Assembly (NCBI GenBank): GCA_036172245.1 | Contig: JAYWIR010000002.1 | Location: 6,076,001-6,140,000, forward strand | DNA length: 64,000 nt | Direction of reading: 5' to 3' | Origin: Raillietiella orientalis | Lineage: Eukaryota | In this document: one piece after another, positions 13,601 to 26,559 of the stretch | Layout of the letters: each line of letters opens with the position of its first letter | Numbering within the stretch: the first letter of the stretch is position 1 | The notes under the pieces: model-generated | Told to the model about the DNA's origin: nothing | The model's database searches: none | What the model saw: only the letters and a program-made list of their open reading frames with translations | Made by a program: the position numbers and the translations under genes

Positions 13601-14249
13601 TTTACGTCATTTTTTTCTACTGGCAGCACCAGTCACGTCCATTTTGCAAGAGTTTTCGAAATATCTCGAAGATCCAGTCAACTTCGTCCTGCTCCCGGTA
13701 GATTTAATTTCTCTTAATGATGAATATACTCTTTCTTGCCGTCCTGGATCCGTTTCTGGGTCCAGAAGTACGCTCCCACCATCTTATGGAGTAACACGTG
13801 GCAGGGTTTGTCATCCATGATTTTATCATCGATAACTAGTTTTCCCCAAATCATCATAAACTGAAAATGTCGTAAAAACCGATATCCCTCATTCGGTTGC
13901 GATTTCTTCCCTTTTCAGAGCCAGCATCACTTGTAGCTGCGAGTAGGGGTAATACACTTACGTACAGGTGTCAAGTAAGATAAAATCACATAAGCGCCCT
14001 GTGATGCAAAGCTAGCTCCAAGAATGTCACCGGAACTTGGAACAGTGTTCCGTACAGGAAACCCGTACGGAACGCTGTTCGAAGAAAGACTGTACCGAAT
14101 TACCGCAAAAGCAGAGGAGAGTGTGACAGCTTTTTGTGCGCTTATTTCTTTGTTTGGGAAGCGACTTCAAGGGAGCGAGTGTAGTCCCAGGAACTCCCAT
14201 CGCTGCCGCCAGCTTCATCATGGGATGCATGAAAACTATTTCTTATCCA

Positions 14250-15150
14250 TGCACGTTCATCCTGTAGTCGAGGGCAGCGGTGATATCATCCACACCTCCA
14301 CCTTCTAACATCTGATTTCAGTTTCGTATCTGTTTTCCCATGAACGAAGTAATGAAAAACACGCGAAAGAAAGTGATCGATGCACTTTCCTCCAAATAGA
14401 CATATTTGTGTACACATAGTGACTATTTCGCCTTTCTGCATGCCACCTGTGCTCGGTGGCTCCATTCGAATGATGGTACTGGGAGTCGGGCAAAACTGGC
14501 AGCGTGGCAAAAGGTGTGTGTACATCCAGTGTACATTCGCAAACTGCCTTCTCTTCATAGCAGGCGATTTGGATTCCCTCAGAATTCGCGGCTTCTTCAC
14601 ATTTCTTGGTAATTCCTGTTCTCTTTATTTCCACAAGTCACAAGTCAGAAGCGCACAGAGTTGATACCGTGGTTTCCGAGTAGGGCTCGAATAATCTTCC
14701 TGGCTTTTTCAAGAGTGTCCAGTCTTCCAACTTTCTAAGGAGATAAAAGGTAAACTTTAATTGGATGCGAAGATTCCGCAGAAAGTTGGAAGATGTTCGG
14801 TTTTGTCTTAAAAGCTCCCGCTAAATTAAGCACAATATTAGCGGTGTTCCAGTACATCCTTCAAGCTTATTGGTCATATATGGCATACTTGCACGATGAA
14901 GACATTCAGAAGCTGTAAGCAGTCATCAATTTCCTGAGCAGTACGCCGGGTTTATAAATGGGTTTGCCAGCCGAAGAACTCTGGAGCTTTGCAAGAAGCA
15001 GTCCACAAAGCCCTCGAAGGCACCACCGGTTCAGCAAGAGACCACCAGTTTTGCCCAAGATGCGTGCCTGTGTCAAGGTGGCATGGAGCATATTTCAGAA
15101 GACACCGAGTCTAGTGAGCTTTTGCATCTGGTTTAGCGGCCCAGACGTGC
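14250..15150 (-). mobile_element. Second Gypsy integrase remnant
   Basis: RVVP-like ~15020, C..C-like ~14890 and QYHHSNGATE (YHPQSNG..ER-like) ~14470. It lies upstream of the protease of the neighbouring element on the same strand, so it is a separate copy. Confidence 0.55.
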
Positions 15151-17899
15151 ATTCGGTGTAAAGAGATGCAATTTCGGTTCAGCTTCGCCCGGTTCATCCT
15201 GATGGAAACGTCGGCTTTTGGTTTTGTTTTCCTTTCCTCAGGACGAGACTTTCGGTGTGTCTTATGTCTGTATAGAACAAACAAACCAAAAAATTGACTT
15301 CCGGGGAGATGAGGCCGACGTAATTAGGGGTCATAATTGAGTTACTACTATCAGCTTCTTTTCGTAGTTAACGGTGAAGATTATCGCGCATCTCCGATGT
15401 TTAGTCATACTTGTGAACAACTGCACATCTGTGATTCGGGAATGCTGTCTGTTAGTCCTCGAAGAACCTTTCTTCCTAAGGACGAGAAACTTGTTGCATG
15501 CATGACTCGGAACTAAAATTATTATAGATCACATGCGCCTACCTTCGCAGTGGGCACATTCAAACGGGAGCGTACCTTACTTGTAGACAAACAGAGAGCA
15601 CACGAGTATACGGACGAACAACATGCCGACCTGCATTTCGGCATGTATCCTTCTTTGTACAACGATAAGAACAAGATAAGTCACTCGAAAGTGATGCAAA
15701 GTCTGCTTTTTAGAATTTCATAAAGCGGCGTCCCGAGAATACGAATCGCAAGACTCGTTTTTTTTTTTTTTTTTTGCTTTTTACGTTGCATCATGCAACG
15801 GGGGGGGGGAGGGGAGAGGATCTCAACTTCGGCGACCACGAACGCAATTAATCTGGCCAATTACGACCCTCAAACCGTACTGCTCAACAGCTCGAAGTCA
15901 CCCGCAAATTTATCATCTCGGGATGCTGCCGCTAAAAGAATCGACGACGCTGCTATCGATCTGAAGAATCAGTTAAATGCAAGTTTAATTCGAACCCATT
16001 TCCGATGAATGGTGGGGTTTGTGACACCACACGACATCTGTCAATGGCTCGTATTCGTGGTTGCCGTATAAAGTATGATCACCATATGTGATCAATCAAG
16101 CGTTGTTGAACTTTGCCTCCACTCGTGTCGCCGCTTCCAGTCAAAGGCATTTTCAACAAACTGAAATTGATGTTGATAAACATAATCTTTTATCGACGGA
16201 GCTTGTTTGTTTGACTAATGATTGTACTTCCGTCATCGGTGTGTTTTTGGAGTCACTGAAAGGGGAGCTTTCGCCATGATGCCGATCCAGCGCAGTTACC
16301 GTCTCGTGCACCGGGAATCGTCATGACACAATTTGATGCCCTCAATCCGCGTGGTGAAAAATGCTTTGGAATGCTCAGTGGGAGTTTTTCCCTTCCGTGC
16401 ACACGGTCCGAACCTTGGTCCTTTTTCCTCGCCCTCGGAAGAACCGGAAAGGCCGTCGCGAAAAGGAAGGAAAAGAAAAATTCACGCAAGGAAATTTTTC
16501 TAGTTCCCTCGTTGCTACGTGAGGAAACGATTTTCCTCCATCACGCGAAGGGAATGGGAAGGCACGACGGAAGCTGCGAGCAAATAAATACCAATGCATG
16601 ATGATAAATAATGATCACTGCGAAAGAAAATTTTCGAAGAGGAAGAGTGAAAAAATATCTCTTTTGAAGCAACGGATCGGTCAGGGTTGCAGTTGACACG
16701 AGGAAGGCTGGGCTTTTCCAGGAGGAGGTTCACTGAAGCTGTCGTTCTAGAACTTTCGCGTCCATTGATGAGGAACAGTGCGTAGGTATCCGGAAACCCA
16801 TCACCAGAATCTCGGCGCTGCTTATCGGGATCATATCGAAGGAAGAATGCATACACGCACGAGACACTGCCGTCGTCAAGCTCCAGAACTGGTGTGAGCA
16901 TATGCTTCCAATGCCAGTTGTATCTGCACAGCAGCAGCTGCATGCAGATTTTCTTGCGCTTGCTGAAGAAGCGGTGCCGATCTCTTTCTTGAGCAGCGAC
17001 GCAGCCACCTTGCAGGAATTCAGCTGCTTTCCATTCTGCAAAGCGTCATCATTGCTTGACAAACAACATTCGTTGCTTGAATAAATGCAGATTTTTTGTT
17101 CCCCCCCTCCTCCTCTTTTTTTTTTTTTTGATTCTGGATAAGGAATCCAAAACCACGTAGGCGTTTTGCGGTCAATGGAATTCGTGATAGAGCGGCTCGG
17201 ATTTATTATTTTTTTTCTCTTTCCATCTAGACTCCTACAAATGCATTCGATCACATTTGTGAATCAGTGGTCTTCTGATTTCATCTTGTGCACATGTGAT
17301 GTCGTTGGATGCGATGCTTCCGTAAGTGTCTTCGAAAGCGTTTCTTAAGCCAAACTAGAAAAACGTGCATGGGTATCAGCTGTTCTTGGTAACCGTTATC
17401 GCTTAGGATGTCTTCAAAAGTGGCATCCGGACATTAGAAATCTCAAATGCATGGTACCACGTACCCAGAAGTTTGCGGTGTCATTTTTTCTTCTTCAAAG
17501 GGCACTCAAAGTAGGCGTGCGACTTTCGCTTGCTCATTTGGATACTTTCCTTAGTCATTCTTTCCTGTTATTTCTACTGTGGTGAGCTCCTGGACCTGCG
17601 ATCCCTTACTCTTCCTTTTGACACTTGGGAAGAACTGCGGCATTTCCCTGCTACCTCAGCGTGAGGCTCGTCGTTCAGTGGTTTATAGGGTTTCGGAGTA
17701 CCGTAACTTTCTACTCCCCTATCTACTCCGCCAGCAATCTGCAGATGGAAAATTCTGGAAAGATACCAAGAACCAAATGGTTTCCTGTAGTTTTAGTGGT
17801 CTTTGAGAGATCATTACCATCATGATGGGAAACCTAAAGCTCTCGAAAGTTTGATCCAGAATCCAGGATTCATTCTGGGGATGGCTAGCGTGCACCAGG

Positions 17900-19400
17900 T
17901 AGTGTTGGGAAACCTAATGACGCTGACAACTATCACCATGAAAAGCGGAGTCTGCGTTTTTTTCTTTTCTTTTTTTTTGTGGACGCAGCCTCCAAGTCCA
18001 TCTCAAGGACCATAATGTGATAATCATCAGAGCGAATCTGAAAATGAAAGCGGAGAAGGTCTGGCGCTCGTTTAGCGAGGCAGTTTGCTGAAGAAGCAGC
18101 TCTTTGAAAACTGTGGAGGGAGCTTCTCAAGTCGGCAGGGAAACCATTGTGCCTCTCGAGAAAGCTCCCACGAAATGAACCCATGTCGAAAGAAAGTTTC
18201 CACCTGAGGTGACCAAGGGAAGCCAAACCAGCCAGCCACAATGACGACCTGCACGAGTATAACCTAACATTTGTCTGCACCATCTCTCGAGGTGGAACAG
18301 GCACGGTTCCGACGACGAGGTGAGTAGCATTTGATCTTTGTAGCGAATTAGGTAGATTCGAATCCAACGAAACGCGGATCCAGATGCCTTCCAGGAGCAA
18401 GCCATGGCTGGTTGGCTTAAAGCTGTTCGAGTGGGTGTGGGTGTATGCGTTTTAATGTACATCCTTGAACGATGGAGAGCAGAGGCCAATCTTCATTCAG
18501 AGTGAAGAGAGAACATTCAGTGGTATTACGTATCCATCTACACGGGCAGATGGCACCTTCCGACGACTAGGAAACGGGACGTTTCATCTCCTCGGTAAGG
18601 CAGAGAGATTCCATTTTCACTGCTCCGTGTTCTCACCTCTGCTGAAACCGATTTCTGCCTGTGAAGGCTTTCGCGGAGGACAGAGCCGGCGTCTTTCACC
18701 GCCACCCAACAGATGGAGGTTTAAAGCTGCTTATCCGTGAACCTGTAGGAGCTGTAGACCACCGCGATCACAACCAGAGTGTGCACTTTGGCTGCTTACC
18801 TCTGGCTCAATCAACTGATGACAGGTGCCTTCGGAGCAAACGAAACAGGTGAGAATGAAAATCCTCGAAACAAACTTGCGCTTTCGAAGCCGACTTTGTT
18901 CGTTGCCGTGGAAATGGCCCGGTGTGATTCAAGGAGGGAGCTTCCTGTGTGCTGAATTGATTGCTTGACGACTGCCACTAAACTCTTTCGCCCAGAAGAA
19001 TAATGCAGAACCGAAATTTCAATAGTTTTCTTTGATGATAAGCCTTTGTGCCTGTTTTTTTCGTTCTTGTTCTCGCCAATAGATGCCAGAGCTTGCAGGC
19101 TTTTCTTGACAATAGCTGCGAGAACGATGGTTGCGGGCTGGTTTTTGAGGGAAGCAGTCAACAACTCGCGTCTTGCTTGATGGTTCATTTGCTCCCTGCT
19201 TTGGCGTTCTTGTGAAAGAGAGGCGACTCTGCGAAGCAGTACGAAAACCTTGCATCTCCTGGAGAAATAACTTTCGAGGCATCCGTCCCTCCAGGAGCCT
19301 GTGTCTGCTCTTGTCTGATTCCACACATCCCAAGCTATCCTTTCTTCCTCGGAGACGGAACGGTAGCGGGCTGGGATCCCGAGGCCCAGAATGCGAGAGG
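17900..19400 (-). mobile_element. Possible degenerate L1/Tx1-like RT and thumb remnant
   Basis: Weak motifs in order: EQERK (DQEKAFD-like) ~19065, RFLVV ~18570, VWLPLVTSGG (P...GGLG-like) ~18215. Confidence 0.3.
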
Positions 19401-21349
19401 CGTGGTCGCGTTTCTCCAGCAAGCCGTTAGCGAAGGAAGCGGGTGCAGCGGATTGAGCTCAGGGAAGAAAGTTGAGGGAACCTGACCTCCCCGCGCATCC
19501 TGATTACTCCAAGCAGGCTAACTCCGCGCGTCCCTCTCACTTGAAGGCCGCTAATGGCTTCTCGGAGTATTCCGCCTACATCTCAGCAGTTTCGAGAAAG
19601 TTTCTCCTCCTCCCTCCTTCCCTCTCTCCTCTTTGAAAGTTCTCCCCGATCTCCTGGAAATCTCCGGGAAATCGTCTCGCACGTGCCGTGGAGCAATTTC
19701 TCCCTGCACTCTTTCTCCTTGCCGGGCTCCCCTGGAACGGCCAAGTTCGGCGACGAAACCGTCTCTTCTTGTGGTGTGATTGCCAGGAGGTGCGCAACGG
19801 CTCCACGGAGGCTTTTCGTGCGAACGAAAGGGTCATCGCCCACTCGAGAAGGTGCAGAGCAGGTCATCCCATGCTGCCCGCCGAGGTGGCAGAATCTCGA
19901 GTGGGGACTTTGTTGCACAGGTTCGACACTCTTTTCAAGGAGGCAACCTCTGGCTCTCAGGACTCCCGCAAGGAAGCTCTGAGGATACGGGTGGCGACCT
20001 CCCGCTCTGGCCTAAAGCCCTTGCTGAAGCGGGGGTCCCCCACGGCCAGCGTCTATAAGGCGTCGCCCCCTCCCCGACGCATATCCCTCGGGTCAGGCGG
20101 CTGGACGCATGAGAGTCCTTGCCGCGGGTGTGACCTCGTTCCCCTCTTTCCGCTACCAGCCCAAGGTTCTTACGTTGCGTTGAACCCGATGCTCCTGCTT
20201 TCTTCATCAGCACCACCGGCCCATTCACTACCTCAAGGGGATTGCCTGCTCACCCACCCACTCTTAAAATAAATGCAGTTAGGGAATGTGCTGTCCTGTT
20301 GCTGGTCTCTGTGTCTCAGCCAAGTCTTCTGAAATCAGGCTGATTCTGTCGAGTGCTGCTCGAGAAGTAAGGGGGAGGCAGTGGGTGACTCAGAGATCGT
20401 GACCTCTCGCTTCTGGTGCTCTTATCTGCAAGTGTGAGCTTCCTGCAAAGAGCCGTGGGCTGTAAGGGCTGTTCTCGGGAAGCATCCGACAGGATGAAGC
20501 GGCTTGTCGCCAATCGCGCAACCTCCTTACTGTCTGTCGGAACCGTAGCTTCCCTCGCTCACTCTCACGTTCTCGAAGGGCCTTCTCCTCCTGGGGCCGT
20601 ACTCCTTGTTTCCCTCCCCTGAAGCGAGCGTCGCTGTCCGCGGGCTGATACGTGCGATGACGCGAGACCCGTGCCAGGTGCCCTCTCCCAATGTGTTAGC
20701 ATTTCGCTTTCGTTTCTTCTTCTACTGGGAGGGAGTCGCGCGCGGTGCTCCGGAAAAGAACCGGCCCCCTTGGTGACTTCGGGGGGGGGGGGGGGTTGTC
20801 GGTGTGGTGGAGTGGCCCGATTCGGGGGTTCAATGGAACCTGCCAATGACCGCGGGCGGATCGACCCGACACCCAGGAGTGCACGTCTCTTCCTTCCATT
20901 CCTTGCCTGCCTGGCGCAGGCCGTGGGGAATCATGCCGAACACCGTGAGGCTAGTCCATCCCTATTTACTTATCGTCCTTCCCTCCTCTCCCTCTCCCAG
21001 TTCTGTCTCCAGTGAGGATAAACTCCCCATTGGTCCGGGCAGACGCATGTTAGGGAGCGGCTGTAAGGATTCTCCTGGTTGATGCGGTTTTATTTTGAAT
21101 CAGTGGATCCGCTATCCGGGATGAAGAGGGTACCCAGGCGGGGGCCGCTTCAGCAGCATGAAGTTGCTTCGCAGTTCTCAGGGAAGCAGGGAATTGCGGG
21201 ATCTTCGATTCGAAGAATTAGGGGTGAAAGATAATAGGGGGGTGGATTTCGGAACCCTGCTGCATCCTGTGTAAGAGTCCTGCTCCACGTGTCGCCGGGT
21301 TTGCACTCGATCACGCCAAGGACCTTGAAGAAAAACAGACCGCAAATTA

Positions 21350-21700
21350 GGGGAACGGCGTCCCTTAAATACCAGAGATTCCAGAAACAAGAAATTCATT
21401 GGAAGGACTACCGATACGCAGGCGGGCTTCTAAGGAAGTAATAAACGGAGAGAGAGAACAATAAATGAGCGGAAAAAAAAAAACGGGAGGATAAGGACAG
21501 AGATCTTTGGTTTCAATCGTTCCTTTCTTTCTAGAAGCAGCCGTGTGCGATGGCGATCTCTTTGATGGCTTCGTCTTGCAGGCGGGGCACCACCTCGTAG
21601 CCGTCCTCGTCAAGGCGGCTGCCATACTGATGGCCTCCCTTCGCTGCGAGCGAGACCGCAACACAACGCAGACGGTAGCTATGGTGCATCGTGCCGCTCA
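21350..21700 (-). mobile_element. 3' fragment of repeat family 2 (putative non-LTR element)
   Basis: Aligns by eye with 47324-47700(-) and 54230-54566(+). Carries the T-tract and a degenerate CTGCGT-loop hairpin at 21410-21427. Confidence 0.6.
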
Positions 21701-21779
21701 CGAAGACGTCCTCTAGCGGCGAAGAGGAGGAAGGTTGCCTGTGTTTGATCTCCTTCCTTTGTCTCTCCTGCCCACGCTG

Positions 21780-22273
21780 GCCTCCGCGCGTGGCACCAGG
21801 TGTTGCGGATTCGGATCTACACGTGGAGGATCGACTCCTAGGAATAAGGTGCATCGTGGGTTTTAGAGCCCCCCTCCCCCCACAGGATGACACCGATTGG
21901 CCTCTTCGGGTACACCACTGGCGAAAGCTGGAAACCTTTGGCTTCCCTTCCAGCTGTGGAAATGGAGTCGTTACCACGGAGCTGGTCGATACCCCCCTCC
22001 CCCTCGGGGGATCGCCTCTTTAGAGTGTTAAGAAGTGCACTGCTCCCTTCGGGGAGCTCCCTTCAGAGAAATTGGGAAGCGTCGCTTCGGGGAATTCTCT
22101 TCAGAGGAGGAACCCAAAAGCGCATCCCTTCCGGGCTTCCCTCCGGAGAAGAGACGAGGAAACACCCACTCCGGTGGTCCCCCTGGGAAGAACAAGGAAG
22201 AGGTTGCCCTCGGGATTCCCTACGAGGCGTAAGGAGAATCGACTCCTTCCTCCGGAGCCTTCCTGGATGCTGA
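21780..22273 (+). repeat. tRNA-headed GC-rich repeat X (SINE-like), copy 1
   Basis: Head GGCACCAGGTGTTGCGGATTCGGATC is homologous to 29642-29670 and 47855-47880(-). Body is homologous to 29820-30000, 41290-41400 and 41760-41912. Confidence 0.6.
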
Positions 22274-22274
22274 A

Positions 22275-22823
22275 TGGACCGTGTTGCCCTCAGGCTCCTG
22301 TGGGAATGTTTCGGAACGACCCTCCGGATCCCGGTTGGCACCCCCCTTCCCCAGGGACGTTTCACGGTTCCTCTTTGTGTGAGACTCCTTGCAGCCAGAT
22401 ACAGCGCTTCGCTGTATCCGCAGGATCATGACGTCCAAGAGCGAAGCCGACGGAGGGAGAGACGAGAGGGACGCCGTCCAGTTAGCAGTTCGCTTTCTGC
22501 AGATGGCCTCCAGACGACCCCACCCGGGACCTATTCGGACGGACCTAGGTGGCATCCTTTCCAGGATGCCGACTCGATCCAGCGGACAGTGGTCCCTACC
22601 CGATCCTACCAAAGATTTTCATTTCTTTTTATTTACTCTTTCTTTTTTATTTTTTGTTTTGTTTTCTCCCCTCCCCTCTGCTGCAGAGGGGACCCCGCCG
22701 GCCTCCGTACTGGCGACCCGGAAGGCCCGTTGAAAAACGAAGTGTGATAGGACCACGCGTCCTAGTGCAATTCATGAGTTTATTTTGAATTTCAAGAAAC
22801 GCCCCGGCGTGTCCAGGTGGAAA
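22275..22823 (+). mobile_element. L1/Tx1-like family 1, 5'-truncated 3' fragment (copy a)
   Basis: RVALRLLWECFGTTLRIP...HPGPIRTDLGGIL is homologous to 62320-62677 and is followed by the full 3' module. Confidence 0.8.
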
Positions 22824-23099
22824 TCGGAGACATCTAGGGAGGGGGTTCCTCCGAGGTTTCCCACGAAGCATGAGAGGAATGGACTCCTTCCTCCTGAGCC
22901 CTTCCTGGAATGTTGAGAAGGCCACCTCCCGGGGTACCCCTTAACGTGAAGAGTTAACACTCACCCCCGGGTGAGTTGTCAAAGAGCTTCGCGAGTCCCC
23001 AGGTGAACGGTTCTTCAGTACTTAGCGAACCTGGAGAAAAGAAAAAAACCTGGAGAAAAGACAGCGAAGCAGAAACCAAAAGGATGTCCATCATCCTCA

Positions 23100-24970
23100 G
23101 TTTCTGAACCTGCGTCCTCTTCAGCTGCGGAGCGATCTCCTGATGTTTTGCCTCTTCTTGGGTTCTCGAGAGGGTGAGCGCCTCTTCCGTATTTTCAGAC
23201 GGACAGGGGACATAGAGGATCATCCTTTCAACCGCCTTCCGCGGCACCGGATCGGCTCTCAGGCTGGAGTCACACCCGGGTGCCGTTTCCGTTGCCGAGA
23301 CCAGCTGCCATGCAGCGGCATTCCTAGCTGCTGCCACCAATCGTGGTGCAACTTCGCCATGCCCCTCTGAGCACAGACGAGAGTTCAGTAATTTTCGAAA
23401 TGCGAGGCGGAGTCTCGTCCCATGTCACACGGCGCTGGCATGACCCCTCCCCTTGGGGCCTTGTGATACGCCCCAGTCGGCAGCAGATCGAGTCTCGCCG
23501 CGTGGATGAAGCGGCAGTCGGCAAATCTTAGGTACACCTCCCCGTCGTAACAAAGTAACTCAACGAACGATCGAGTCCAGCGCGTCGCATGGCTTTCCGT
23601 GGTCCGGCTGTCGATTCGCCACTTCCAGCCACCGCGCACTCCCTCTGAACCTTGCGCATCATCGACGCGAACCTCCTCCTCGTTGCTGCATCGAATACCA
23701 GGTCTCCGATTCGAATCCTCACATCTTGGTGGAAGATCTAAGTGGCTGGCATGCGATGGGACTTGCCTTCGAGTGGTCCAAATGCTCTCAGTGCCTCCAC
23801 TGGTCTGAATTTTGTTGTTGAGTCGCTGGATGAGAATCTTCCAAGGTCTTCCTCCGACGGTGACTGCAGTAGTTTTGTATCACCATCGCCCGAAGAGTTG
23901 TTGCTCGGCGGGATTCTTGACGGCAATATCAGGGGATATCGGGAGTCTGAAGCAACTGTTGATGGTGAAAGTGTTGGCTTCATCTGACGGTCGCATTAGT
24001 TCCAGGCGTCCTTCCTCCTGTCCCCATATAGGGATTCATTCGCAGCTCCTGTTGGCAGGTGCGGTGTTGCCTTCACAGTTGTCCTTATCTCGCTGTCGGC
24101 GTACTCTCAATCAGTCTTGAATGAGTCCCTAGTCTCCGAAAAAGTACCGAGCTGGGAAAGAAGGTCTTCAGTGCATACAGCTTTTGCCAGGGAGGCAGTC
24201 CAGAAGCTCACAAGGTTCGGACTGTTCTTCACTACCCCTTCCTTCGTGGGAATATTGCCGAAGACTTCAATCCCGATACTTTTTCCCAAGATGTCTGTTT
24301 TCCCAGATGTCTGTGTGGTTCAGATATCGCAGTGTTCAAGATGATACCGCCCCTTACTTTCAAATTCGAATTTCTCTAGCCACGGGAGTCTTCCGGAATA
24401 ACAATAAAAAAAAAGTCCCTCACATTGGCCCGATTTATCGAGAGCGCAGCTCGGGACGCGAGATCTTCAAAATGGAGTGGCCTTTCCCTCAGATCGCAAC
24501 GGTGCCGGCGTTCCTCTAGCCGAGAAGGGGAGAAACGGTCCCTTGTATTTGATCTTCCTTCGCTTCGTTGCGATTACCGCTTTTGCCGTCCAGCCCACCT
24601 TCTAGGAAAAAGCGCCGTCGCAGCAAGTCCGAAGAGAGCGACCTCCGAAGAGAGTCGCCATTACGTGCCCTTCGGAGCGCTGCAGTCCAGCAGGAGGTGC
24701 GAGAGAGAAATCTCATCGCCCCGCACTTGGAACAGCTCAGAGAGGTAACTCCCCAGGAAACGAGGTGCCTGCGCTGGTTGCACTAGAGTCCCCCCAGTGC
24801 GGAAGCAGCAGGACATCCTGTGGTTTCCAATGAAGCGAAAACGCAGAAGTGTCCGCGCACAAAGAAGGGACCAGCGTCGGTCCCTCGAGGAGCGCATCGA
24901 GCAGGTCCCTCCACTGGAGGAGCTTCTTCTCCCGGGAACGAGGAGTGGCGGCGTTCACCAACTTGCTCAA
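23100..24970 (+). mobile_element. Degenerate L1/Tx1-like ORF2 remnant (possible endonuclease end plus RT)
   Basis: 24680-24930 (AVQQEVRERNLIAPHLEQL...VRKQQDILWFP) is clearly homologous to 53720-54050(-), which runs into the family 1 zinc finger. The upstream endonuclease motifs are weak. Confidence 0.55.
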
Positions 24971-24999
24971 TTCTTAGCTGTCGAGTAGTTTCTCGACTC

Positions 25000-26535
25000 C
25001 TGCGATGCTGCAGGACTACTCCCACCCCGCCGGCGGACTGCTGTTACTGCTTGCATTGAGGACAGACAGTGTTCTGCGGCGAGGATCGAGACGGGTATCC
25101 AGGACCAATTCCTCCATCTTGCAGGTCGCCCAGCGGCTTGCATAGGAGTTTCCGCAGCAGTCGTAGTTCCTCTGGACCCAATCCCAGAGTGGCCGCTCAA
25201 AACTCTCGTGTCTCCTACCCCCAGGAGTCCCAGTTTTGTAGCATAGTGACATCCAAGGAAGGGATCCCAACACTCTAGGCACAGTTGCCTCGTAGGAACG
25301 CCGAATCCTGACATCCTGCGCTTGCCGCGCATCGCCGGAGGATGTGGCGTGCCGGAGCATGCCAGTGACAACTCCACAATCTGGCACAAACGGTCAAAAG
25401 TCGGAGTCGCACCTGCAGTCCGATCTTGCAGATGATCAGGATGCCCAAGCATTCTGGAGCGGCGCCACCAAATCTTTCTGTCGGATCCGGAAGATCCGTG
25501 TGCAAGTCCCAGCTCCAGGCGTGCTGCCTCTTCCTGATGTGCAGCGCATAGTGCTGTGAGCCTCTGCGGACACTTCGCTGTTCCCCAGGGCGAAAGAAGA
25601 TGAACCGGATGCCGGCCTGCTCCTCTTGAGGAGGCTGGCTTCAGCTTGCAGATGGGAGCGACGTGAAGATGTGGGCATTCGAAGCCCCTTCCTTCGGCCT
25701 CCACTTTGGGAGTGATCCTCGCAGGCCACCACCAGTTTTCCTACCTTGATGGGAACATGGCTAACTGTGTCGATGTCTGTAGCATCCCCAAGTTTCATCC
25801 GCCAGCACAACATCCGCCGAAGAAAAATTCCTTTTTTTCCTTTGTTCCACCTGTTGATGCGTCTTGATCAGTGTGGTGGGTTGGTGGCTATCACGTGCGC
25901 CACTGAAACTGCTGCCGGCTTGTCTGGAGGCCCAGTGTCTTCTCTCCTCGAAGACTACCTCGAGGGCATTGGATGTCAAGATTTGCTACGAATGTTGCTC
26001 ATGGAAGGTGGTTCCCCTCTAGGAGTCTTTCGAAATTTCGATAACCAGCTGAAGAGCTCTGCCTTTCCTTTGAGTTTCCTCCCCTGCAACGAGTGCAAGT
26101 TTCCCACCAGAGAAGCGCTGCGATTCAGACTACAATTCTCACCTACGACTCCAGAGGGCGATCACCTACACCTCACGACTCTGCCGTCATGTCGTTTCTC
26201 AACAGTCAGTAGTGCAGCAGCTGAGTGCGTATCCCAAAGGTGCTTGGAGAGGCGTGCCGTTTTCTTTTGCCTTTGGGACTCCCGTTCACCCCACCCTTTC
26301 TTGCGCTGACGCTCAAACTCCTGCTGAACGTTCTCACGAGTTTGAGAGTGGAGTGATCACCACCTTCTTCTCCCAGGTTGTTGGATGGCAAGAAAGCGGT
26401 AGGTGTGGACGTCTGATCCCCTTGCGGATCTTCTGCTGAAACACCGGGGGGGGGAGGGGAGGCTCAGAAAGAAGGACAGAGACAGACGATCGACTCCCCG
26501 AGTTTCCTCCGGAGGATCGTCGGCTTCTGCTCTTT
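25000..26535 (-). mobile_element. Degenerate non-LTR RT remnant
   Basis: PEETRGVDRLSLSFF (SPG.DG...F-like), PTTWEKKVVITP (P..W...V.PI.K-like), KIGLQV ~25420 and a YKLG-like motif ~25235. Confidence 0.45.
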
Positions 26536-26559
26536 GGAAGCCCAAAGTAGGTTTTACCT

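Noticed and set aside
16323..16400. Harbinger/Tc1 transposase motif (LNP..EKCFGML)
   Set aside because: It is an isolated short motif with no supporting catalytic residues or TIRs.
18795..18852. Hammerhead-like CTGATGA...TTCG...GAAAC
   Set aside because: There is no proper stem I and no correctly placed NUH adjoining stem III, and it is a single occurrence.
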